Assembly (NCBI GenBank): GCA_964016885.1
Contig: OZ024751.1
Coordinates: forward strand, 21,390,001 to 21,454,000
Reading direction: 5' to 3'
Length of the DNA stretch: 64,000 nucleotides
Source of the DNA: Eledone cirrhosa
Lineage: Eukaryota
Shown: positions 54,650 through 64,000 of the stretch, piece by piece
Layout: each line of letters begins with the position of its first letter
How positions within the stretch are numbered: the first letter of the stretch is position 1
Position numbers and translations under genes: made by a program
The notes under the pieces: model-generated
What the model was told of the DNA's origin: nothing
What the model saw: the letters and a program-made list of their open reading frames with translations, nothing else
Databases searched by the model: none

Positions 54650-55170
54650 TCATCGAGGGAATTTCCAAGTACTGATCCATGGAGTTATACTGTACACGGA
54701 ACCATGTATGTTCTCTCTTTCTCTTAATTTTGAGTTTATTTTTGACTGGCCACCTTTCCGGTGGCAAGGTTGTAAAGAAAAGGAAGTTTTCGTCGTCTCT
54801 CGTGTAAGCGTTCATCTTTTGAATCGTAAGAATGTTTTGCAAATTTCGAAGGTTCGATATCGTATGAATTAAGGAGCTACGTTCTTTCTCCACAAATCCA
54901 AATTTAGTTATACTTTGGTCCAGGCGGCTTGATGCATAGCTTGTAGCTTCAATAATAATAGGTATGGAACTGAACACGAGTGTTTTAAATACTGGATCTG
55001 CGAACTCCCCAGCAATGGTTCGTAGATATCCTCCTTCTCTTGCATTGTTCTTGCTATATTGACATCAAGTGGGCAGGTGACCTCTACAACGGAGCATGTT
55101 TTTAATGTGTGATACCAAACAACAATATCAGGCCGGTTGTACCTTAATTTGGTGGCAGTTTTTATTCCTT
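54650..55170 (-). mobile_element. 3' fragment of a restriction-like-endonuclease LINE (R4/Dong-like)
   Basis: Minus: IKTATKLRYNRPDIVVWYHTLKTCSVVEVTCPLDVNIARTMQEKEDIYEPL, frameshift, then IPIIIEATSY; matches the N.RPD...E/D..CP...K...Y REL motif. Confidence 0.85.
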
Positions 55171-55243
55171 TGAGTCATCAGTCTCAACATATTTCTCCTT
55201 ATTTTATGTATGTATGTATGCATATATGTATGTAGGTATGTAT

Positions 55244-55771
55244 GTCGGGTCACTCTTGAGTGCTACTTGTAACATGTAACCCAGTACAACCTGTCGCATG
55301 GTCGGGTCGCCGGTGACTAAACCGGCAACCCCACCAAGTTTACTTGGTCAAGAGGGTGATTTTTGACACCCTGCAGGACAAAAAACAAAACCTGACAAAG
55401 GGCGGAAGAACTCATAAGAGTCAACGGCCATCCAAATACGTGTAAATATGTATATACACATGTACCGTGCGGTTAAACCACTGGGAGTGAAGGACCTTTG
55501 TCAGGGCATTCTTCTAGGAGAAAGCAACTCAGGAAACTGGGATAACTCCGATACAAAATCTACGGCTGAGAAGTTACCGATGATGTTGATCTTTTCTTCT
55601 TTTCGGGTTATAGGTACTGACGCTCAGAAAGTGGGATTGGCTCAGTGCACAGTCTTTCCTCACTTTAAAAAATATCTTCACGCACAGGCATTGCACGATA
55701 GAATTAATTAATAATTATTAATAATGGTATATCGTGCAATGGCTATACTCTATAACGAGGGGGCAGCCATC
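55244..55771 (+). mobile_element. RTE-derived non-autonomous element, diverged copy 3
   Basis: Shares 5' GTAACATGTA.CCCAGTACAACCTG...GACTAAAC.GGCAACCCCACCAAG, internal CTAGGAGAA.G.AACTC and terminal GGCAGCCA.C with 1646-2247; flanked by (TATG)n. Confidence 0.75.
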
Positions 55772-56603
55772 GTGTATGTATGCATGCATGTATGTATGTA
55801 TGTATGTGTGTATATGTGGATGTATGCATATGTATGTATGTGTGTGCATGTATGTATATATGTATGTGTGTGTAAATATGTATGTGTGTGTATGTATGTA
55901 TGTATGTATGTATTATGTATGTATATGTGTGACTATGTATGTATGCATGTGTGTGTATGTGTTTGTATTCATGTACACATGTACATGTGCATATACGTAT
56001 CTGTGTATGAGAGGTGTGAGTGCATGTATGTGTGCTGGGCGTATGTATGTATATATGTGTATGTGTATGTGTATATGTATGTGTGTACGTATGTGTATGT
56101 ATGTATATACGTATGTGAGTATGTATGCGTTGAGTATATGTATGCATGTATGTATGTATATATGTGTATGTATGTATGTATGTATGCATGTAAGTAGGTA
56201 GGTAGGTAGGTAGGTAGGTAAGTAGGTAAGTAGGTAGGTATCTCCCTGAGAACCAGGTTAAAGGTGCGTATGTCTATTGAATGCTCAGTCACTTGCACGT
56301 TCATTTTACGAGTAAGCTGTTCCATTGTTCAAATAACTGGAACACTTGTCGTCGTAACCGACAGAGAACCAACAGACACACGCACATACACACAAACATA
56401 CACACACAAACATGCACACAAACGCACAGAAACACATACACGAACACGTACACGCACGCTCACATACACACACACAAACAAATGTATACGTACATACACA
56501 AACACACATACATACATACATATGTGCGTATGTTTGATTCTCTATCAGTATGTCTGTGTGTTATGTGTGTGTGTATATATATATATAATAGAAAGATAGA
56601 CAG

Positions 56604-56691
<88 letters not shown>

Positions 56692-57093
56692 AGATAAGTG
56701 TTTGCAAGGGAAACAACTTGTCTCTATACATAAGGCAATAATAATTATATTTATTTTATGGATGGTTAAATGTTTTAAACAGTTTTAAACTGTGTTTGGT
56801 GCTTCACTTTCAAATATTTTAGTTACATATGTGGACCACGATATTTATTTTAGTTTAGTATTTCATCGATTATATTTGTCGTTTGATTTTCATATTCGCG
56901 AACATAATTGAAAACATTCAAATTTTAACAGGTATGCTCACAAACAAGGTACATAACTTTTTCTGCAGGGAAACAACTCGTACATTTATTTACTCTGTTT
57001 GTGCAAAAGAATATTGCTTTTGTTGTTATTTATTTTTCCTCCTAGACTACACTCGCACACAATAATGTTGAAATCATTGATACATAATAATAA

Positions 57094-57200
57094 AGGTGCG
57101 TGACTTATAGTTAGAGAATTGGATTCGCAATTGTGAAGTTGCGATTTCGATTCTCAGACCGCGATGCGTTAGGTCCTTGAGCAAGACACTTTATTTCACA
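57094..57200 (+). mobile_element. SINE family B fragment
   Basis: GTTAGAGAATTGGATTCGCAATTGTGAAGTTGCGATTTCGATTCTC...GTCCTTGAGCAAGACACTT. Confidence 0.7.
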
Positions 57201-57379
57201 AGATTTACCCAACTCGACAAGCGGATGGGATCTGGGATCGCGTCGATCGATTTCCTTATACATAATACATACAGTGATAGTACTGCAATACGACAGCTCT
57301 CTATTCTACTGCTAATGTGTTAACATTTAATGAAGTTCCTATTATACAAATATCTCTTTTGTTAAGTAGGTACGACCTA

Positions 57380-59129
57380 TTATTTTTGCTAAACATGTAT
57401 AAAGCTGAAATGATTTCAGATTCAAATTCAAACGTTAGTGAGGATATTTTCCACATTCTGGGGCTGCAATGTTAAGACTCCAAACTACTACTTGTTTCCT
57501 CTTTATGTATATACATCTATTGCGGGTAGGAAAATAAAATTCCAGATTCTTTTAATAGAAGGTGCTTTTGTATATTAGATCTAATGATGCCCCTCATTGA
57601 ATCATTGCTGTAACTTCGTCACTTTTAGGTGTTACGCATAAATTATGTTGGAGCATTCTTGCAGTCCTGTTTCAGTTCTAGACTTGGATAAAGTTTTATA
57701 ACATTCATGTGAGGTTTCTTGATTTCTCAACATATATATATATGAAAAGCTGTGGAACATTCTTGAATAGTCTGGGAGACACTCTAAGGAATTACATCTG
57801 GAAATTTGGGGAATAATATTTGTAAATGTAGTCTTCTCTAGAGATCCAGAAGGTAGGCTCATACGATACAACTGTTGTAAGTCTTTTACTTACATTGAGA
57901 AATTTATACATCATCTGGTGAAGGACATGTTATAATACCCACAGAAGAGTCACTTGTCCCATACTTTTTAAAACTTAAGTTCATGTGATATAACTGAAGT
58001 AGGTCTCTTTCTACGTCTTGGTGATGAATAAACATTTGAGTGAGTTTCACTTGTCATTGGGAGGTGGTGAATTATTTGGTGAAAGAGATGTTACTTAAGA
58101 TATCTTCTGATGAATCACTTGCGCCATAGGTCCAGATTCATTTAAACTTAGAGGGAAGTGATACAACAGCTGGTTGTCTCTGTGCAGCATCAACAGCCTC
58201 GTCTTCAAATCGTAATGGAGTCCGTGAAATATTTTCTAGTGACAGATCTATGTAGATTCACAGGAATCAGCATCAAACTCTCTATTTTGACATGGTGAAC
58301 GTGTCCTTACGCTGCGTGGTGTCTGAGGAGCCTGTAACGGATTAAAACGTCCCTCCCTAAACAGAATCGACTTGCTTCTACGGCCAGGTGTTTCATAAAT
58401 TATCGAAGGTGTTCCTATTTCACAGGCTCGAGAATGGGCCTGTGAATCAATACCACTTCCCACCTTTGCAAAAATGTGTTGTCTTCTTCTACAGCCAGGC
58501 GATGCTTATGTTCGAGAAGGAGTCCTTTTTTACCTAGTCATGGAAAATTCCTCCAAATCCTTATCACTTGAAGACGCAAAATAACTTCTAACTCTAGAGC
58601 GGAATAATAACTTAGCTGGTGTGGGAGATGTCAAACTTCTTACTGACGAATCTCTTGACGTTCCCAACCAGATCGAGTGGCCCCTACGATCATTTTGAAC
58701 TGGTGAAGGAGTCCTTACGCTGCCTAGAGGTAGAGAGCGCCCTGTGAGTCAATATTTTCATTTCTAGACAAGACTGATATGCAGTCAGGTGATTAATAAA
58801 ATATTGAAGGAGTATGTATTTCTCCCGCTGGTGATGGGGGCTGTGAGTCATAAATACTTCCTACCCTTAAAAAAAACTCGCTGTCTTCTATGGTCATGTG
58901 ATCCATAAAATGGTGTTCCTATAGGACCTATTGGTGATCATCTGAGTTAGTATCACTTGACGACGTAAAGTATCGCTGAATTCTATTGCGAAATGATAAT
59001 TTAGTTGGTGGATATTTTCTTTTAATACCCGCGGTAGTGAGGTTCCTCCATCAGTATCACATGTCGTAGTTGGTTGGGGCTATCTATTATCATCAGATGT
59101 GTCTTGAACTGGGAAATGAGGAGAAGATC
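57380..59129 (-). pseudogene. Decayed continuation of the large ORF (stops and frameshifts)
   Basis: S/P/T-rich coding-like segments with internal paralogy (RVGSIYDSQPPSPAGEIHTPSIFY* vs KVGSGIDSQAHSRACEIGTPSIIYE; GTCCTTACGCTGC at about 58303 and 58711); no microsatellites. Confidence 0.6.
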
Positions 59130-61961
59130 TTATACTAGTTCATCGAATGGTCCATCTTCAAATGGTTGTAGTCTTTGACTAATACATTCTGGTAATGGTT
59201 TTCGACTACTACATACTGATGAAGGAGGGAATCGGTGCCCTAATTGAATATTTTCGACAGGCTTGTGATCTTCATAATTAACAAAACTATCTTGGATTAA
59301 AGAATCTTCTTCTTTGTTTTCATATTCTTCCACAATGGCTGGGAGGTTTGTCTCATCTATGAAGTTGCAAGTATCCAAATGAGCCACCATGTTTGATAGA
59401 TGTGCAATACCTGAAAGCAACCTAAATCCTATTTCTTCAGGTGGAGGCACGCTAGGTTTCACTTCACCAGATCCCACGATGGCTGATTGGCCTGTAATAT
59501 CTGAATATAACCTTTCAGTCAATTGTTTTCTAGCTAGGTTGAACTGATAACTTTCTTCATCTTCTCCTTCCGCTTCTCCAGGAATCACAGTGAGTGGTTG
59601 ACCCAAGATATCTGAATGCATCTTTCTAAATAATGATTTCATTGCTAAATAGATTCCACTGCAATCTTCGACATAAGGTAGAGACGTATCAGAAACCATT
59701 GCTTCTGATTCATCCACAACGGATGTTTTATCGGTAACAATCGAATACATTATGTCATGCAATTGTTTTTTACTTAAGTTCAATGAATTGCATTCATCAG
59801 ATTCATTCTCAAATGAGTGTAAACCTGAAAAGTCCTCTAGCACCCTTTTGGTATTGTCTTCTCCAGATTCTTCCAAAATATTTGGAAAAGATTTCTCTGT
59901 CGGGAACTTTTCAGAATCTATATTATGGTAACTATCAAAAAGATCCAATAATTCTTCTTCGGTTGGTAACACATTAACAAAATCATTTTCGCAGTCATCT
60001 ATTTGGGATGAAATATCCCAAATCGATAGTAATAGATCTTCTTCTTCAGTAGGAAAGTTCTGGATCATACTTTCAGTCCTCTTTTCATTTCTAGAAGGTG
60101 TGTAAGGTAGATTTTCGCTAGGTGATTGAAACGAATCTGATAATTTCCAAGGTGATAATGAAGGAGGAAGTTGATACACTGATGATACAGGGGACATTTC
60201 ATGCTGAGTAGCTGGGATTGTTTGAGGTACATAGGGCGGATACGAGTGATATTTCACAGGAGACATATTACCATTGCTATGGATTACGTCTGGATAACTT
60301 CCGACCATACTCGCACTCTTTTTTTTTATACCTCCCGATAAACGATAAGAAAATGGAGGATCGATTTGCGATAATGAGCTTCGGTTCGAAATACCTTCAT
60401 CATTATCGCTCATAATTTCATCACCCCTTAATGGTATTGCCCTTTCGAATACACGTGAAACACTATCGTGGTATTCTTTCAAAGTAGATGATGTCGGAGT
60501 AGAGATTAGCGGCGGAGTTCTGAATTTCGACATCACATCATCACTATCACTAAAAAACTCATCACCTCTAACTGGTGTTATATTTGTAAGAAATGAAGTA
60601 CTCTCTGGTGATTCTCCAGACCTCGATTGAGCTGCAATCTGTGAAACACAGTCATGAGGTGTTGCAAACAACCTGTCTATGTCTTCCTCAGTTATTCTAA
60701 AATCTGTTGATTGTTGTGTGTCCTCATCAATTGGAAATATTGAAGAAACACTAGCATTCTTTATTGTACAAGGGCATATTATGGGCATACATGTGGGTTT
60801 GTTACGCCCTTTTTTGAGAGTAGATGTTCCTAATTTCGAAATGTCATCATCACTATCACTAAAAAATTCATCACCTCTAACTGGTGTTGTATTTGTAAGA
60901 AATGCGGTACCCTCTGCTGAATCAGACGCCCTAAATTGAGCTGCAATTTGTGAAATTCCGTCATGATATCTTATAAACAACCTGTCTATGTGTTCCTTAG
61001 TTTTTTTAAAATCGGTTGAAAGTTGTATGTCCTCATAATTTCGAAATATTGAAGAAAAACTATCATCCATTCTATGAGTTTCGCTGGGAAATATTCCGAG
61101 TCTACATGCTGCCCTATCGTAACCTCGTTTCGGAGTTGATGTTAATCGACTAGACATTGGTTCATTATTATTGCTAAAGAATTCGGGGTTTTTTCTAAAT
61201 TCGGTTGATTGTTTCATGTCATCATAAATTGGAAATTCTGAAGAAAAAATATCATCCATTCCATAAATTTCACTTGAAAATATTTTGAGTGCACGTGCTG
61301 CCCTGTCGTGCGGTTTGTGTGGGGTACATTTTAATGGAGTAGACATTGGTGATGAAGTTCTGAATCTCGAAATCGCTTCATCAACATCGCTAAAATATTC
61401 TTCACCCATAATTGACGACATATTTCTAAAAGATGTAGAAGGTTGTGGTGTTTCTCCAAGCCTCAAAAATGCTTCAAATTCTTGAATATCTCTAGGAATT
61501 ACATTCAGTGTATCTATTTCGCTTTCATAAGGAAATTCAATATCATTTATATTTTCAGCTTGTCCGAATTCGGTCCATTTTCTTGCGTCGTCATAATGAA
61601 TTGGAAATTTTGCAGCAAAACTATCACTTCTTTGAGTCACATCTGGAGTAGATGATAATGTATTGATTGGTAATAATCCTAGTTTAGAAAAAGGTTCTTC
61701 ATTATCGATATTAATCTCATCACTTTTAACTGGTGATAGATTGCTAATAGATGTAGTCGTTAATGTACGGGTTCCAGTTCCATACTTCGAATGTTTTACC
61801 TTTTGTGGAATTATACCCCGAGGAGTGGTAAAATATGTATCAATTTCTTCAGCACAAGATTCTATGTCACTTATATTTCCATCGTCTGAAAATTCGCTCT
61901 GATGTATTCCACCGCTATGAATTGGAAATATAGTATGAAAACTGTTTAGATCCTCTTGCAT
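59130..61961 (-). CDS. Uncharacterised acidic Ser/Thr/Pro-rich protein with ~100-aa internal repeats (probably part of one large exon; may be a pseudogene remnant)
   Basis: 943 open codons in AT-rich non-microsatellite DNA; five diverged repeats SF...FPI..D...STEF...ID..F...N.TPVRGDEFFSD.D...S...STP; no recognisable domain. Confidence 0.8.
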   Translation of the reverse strand: MQEDLNSFHTIFPIHSGGIHQSEFSDDGNISDIESCAEEIDTYFTTPRGIIPQKVKHSKYGTGTRTLTTTSISNLSPVKSDEINIDNEEPFSKLGLLPINTLSSTPDVTQRSDSFAAKFPIHYDDARKWTEFGQAENINDIEFPYESEIDTLNVIPRDIQEFEAFLRLGETPQPSTSFRNMSSIMGEEYFSDVDEAISRFRTSSPMSTPLKCTPHKPHDRAARALKIFSSEIYGMDDIFSSEFPIYDDMKQSTEFRKNPEFFSNNNEPMSSRLTSTPKRGYDRAACRLGIFPSETHRMDDSFSSIFRNYEDIQLSTDFKKTKEHIDRLFIRYHDGISQIAAQFRASDSAEGTAFLTNTTPVRGDEFFSDSDDDISKLGTSTLKKGRNKPTCMPIICPCTIKNASVSSIFPIDEDTQQSTDFRITEEDIDRLFATPHDCVSQIAAQSRSGESPESTSFLTNITPVRGDEFFSDSDDVMSKFRTPPLISTPTSSTLKEYHDSVSRVFERAIPLRGDEIMSDNDEGISNRSSLSQIDPPFSYRLSGGIKKKSASMVGSYPDVIHSNGNMSPVKYHSYPPYVPQTIPATQHEMSPVSSVYQLPPSLSPWKLSDSFQSPSENLPYTPSRNEKRTESMIQNFPTEEEDLLLSIWDISSQIDDCENDFVNVLPTEEELLDLFDSYHNIDSEKFPTEKSFPNILEESGEDNTKRVLEDFSGLHSFENESDECNSLNLSKKQLHDIMYSIVTDKTSVVDESEAMVSDTSLPYVEDCSGIYLAMKSLFRKMHSDILGQPLTVIPGEAEGEDEESYQFNLARKQLTERLYSDITGQSAIVGSGEVKPSVPPPEEIGFRLLSGIAHLSNMVAHLDTCNFIDETNLPAIVEEYENKEEDSLIQDSFVNYEDHKPVENIQLGHRFPPSSVCSSRKPLPECISQRLQPFEDGPFDELV

Positions 61962-62059
61962 TGTTGATACTTTTACATCGATGTTTTATATATTGACGAT
62001 CCTGACTATTTCTTCTAGCAATATATATATTTCTCTTGTGGTTTTCGTTTGTTTATCAG

Positions 62060-62332
62060 TTGTTTATCAGGGCACAACTCCTCCTGTAAAAACTGTTGCT
62101 CAAAGTCAGTTACGATTTCAGAACTTTGCTGGAGAAGTATGCAGGAAGTTATATACAAGCTGCTATTGTGGGAACCAATTCAGGGGAGACGCACTGCTCG
62201 ACCCTTCAATGATCAACTCTCAGACGATACAAACTTTAGTAGGGAACAGTTGTTAGGAGTGATGGAAAATCATGAAGTGTGGAGAGTCTTTGTCAAGAAT
62301 GTTCGACTGTGATCTCAATGATGATGATGATT
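62060..62332 (+). mobile_element. RTE LINE 3' end with (GAT)n tail
   Basis: QLRF..FAG, LLLWEPIQGRR...FNDQLSDDT...MENHEVWRVFV then stop and ATGATGATGATT. Confidence 0.8.
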
Positions 62333-62339
62333 GTAATTT

Positions 62340-63195
62340 ATGTTTACATGGCTGTCTTATACATTGTAGATCCAGTTAGTCTAACTCTTACTTCTATTAA
62401 TATATACTTCTCTTGTGGTTTTGGTTTACATGGCGGTATTACGTATTTATTTTTATAATTTTATTTTTATCTTAATATTAATTTACCTCTGTATATCTTT
62501 TTTTTTTGTTTGTCTCTCAACCGTAAGAAGTATTAGATACTTCACCTAGTCTGTCATGTCGTACTAGCTCTATACAGACGTTTACATTGAATAAACAAAT
62601 AAATAAATAAGTATATTGTGGTTTTGGTTTACATAGCTGTATTATATATTACACATCCAGTTTCAGTCTCTTTCTTCTAGTATTATATATATTTCTTTTG
62701 TGATTATTGATCTCTGGGTTACCTTATGGAACTTTGTCTTCCCTTCTCTCACATATATGGAACATATATTATAGGGCCTATTTCTTATTATATTTACCAT
62801 TCCTAGGGTTCTCTTTCTTTCTCTCTATCTTTCGATGCAGTTAAATTGTATTGGTCTTCTTTTTGAAATATCTAGGGTTTGTTTTTTACTTTAATTTCAG
62901 TTTCCTTACGTAAATCACTTTTCTTGGTGATCTTAGCCACCTAAAATGCTCCAATACATACAGGGTTACTTGGTTTTTCTTACTTGACTTTACAGATTCT
63001 ATTCTTTTTATATCGGGTTTCAGACTTGGTACGAAACGACGGACAATTCAAAGGTTTTGATATAAAATTACTGTCATCCTTGGTTTGATATTAATATCAC
63101 TGAGCAGGCACGATTAACATTTTTAGTTTTAAATTCACCAGACGTTATGGAAGAAGGTTGTGTCAAGTGTTTTGTAGAAGTCCTTTCAGAGCCTA
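62340..63195 (-). pseudogene. Decayed coding-like upstream part of the large exon
   Basis: After an acceptor-like TTCCTACTAG, the minus strand reads GSERTSTKHLTQPSSITSGEFK..., SKPLNCPSFRTKSETRYKKNRICKVK*EKPSNP...KITKKSDLRKETEIKVKNKP* with stops and frameshifts. Confidence 0.4.
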
Positions 63196-64000
63196 GTAGG
63201 AACATTTTAAGACGAAAACATAGTTTAATTTAATATGATGGAATAAAAAGTCTTATAGTTGCCATATATCAATATTATATCAACGAAACATGTGAAATGG
63301 AGATTACATACTCACTGTGGATTTATACACTAAACACATGCATACCCCTACACACATACAATAATACATAGATATTCATATACACACTTCTACATGCACC
63401 CACATCCTATGATCTCTTAAATAAATTTAGGACTAAATTGCTTATCGGCCCCGAACTTCAGACTGACGGCACTGTAGTCTTTTCCTTATTCTATAAATAA
63501 TATATCAGCCCAGGAATTGCCAGAGCTTGCTTCAAATCGATTTTCGATGGCACAGGAAATCTTTGTGGCACAAATGTAAATTAATTTTCTCGTTACCCAC
63601 TTCCAAATAAATTCTTTGAACCAGGAAATGTAGTTTATTTCTTTCAAAAGATCGTTGCCACTATTTTTTTTTTTCGACCATGTGTGTTTATTGTTTAGAC
63701 AAAGTGTGTGCTTGTATTGTTTGTTAATTTGTGTGAGACTATGTTTGATTATGTTTTTAATGCTATGGTGGTTGGTATTTATGTGTTGGTGTTAGCCTGT
63801 ATTTATTGTTTTGTTTAGATGTATCGATGTAATTATGTATGTACGTTTAATTTTTGCAAAGTGCCTTGTGCTCTAGAGTCATGTAAATGTTTGGTCATTT
63901 GATACTGTAACGTTTTTCCGAGTTATCTTACAGAATGTGTGTTGGTGTTGGTGTTGGTGTTGGTGTTGGCGTTGGTGTTGGTGTTAGTGTTGTTGTTGGT

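Noticed and set aside
57380-59129. Rescue of premature stops by A-to-I editing
   Set aside because: Frameshifts are also present, which editing cannot repair.

Overview
Eukaryotic, repeat-dominated genomic DNA. The SINE families and the extreme (TA)n/(CA)n/(TATG)n/(GGT)n content suggest a mollusc, most likely a coleoid cephalopod such as an octopus (inference, not verified). Nearly all ORFs in the supplied track are microsatellite artefacts. Supported content: (i) about a dozen copies of a tRNA-derived SINE plus two other SINE types; (ii) remnants of RTE, CR1, Jockey/I-like and R4/Dong-like LINEs, a 3-copy internally deleted RTE derivative, a mariner-type MITE and a standalone gag-like ORF with a CCHC knuckle; (iii) several minisatellites, a short interstitial (TTAGGG)n and a 4.2 kb (GGT)n tract; (iv) a 943-codon acidic Ser/Thr/Pro-rich internally repeated ORF (59130-61961, minus) inside a ~5.8 kb coding-like region that is decayed on both sides. 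The most interesting signal is invisible in the ORF track: many short, mutually unrelated sequence islands embedded in (TA)n tracts carry type-I hammerhead ribozyme folds. One is fully canonical (20033-20136); several are near-canonical, half, or share a U4C core variant, and they often sit in long inverted repeats. This architecture resembles Penelope-like element termini, but no Penelope RT or GIY-YIG coding sequence is visible in the window. All folds and alignments were done by eye.
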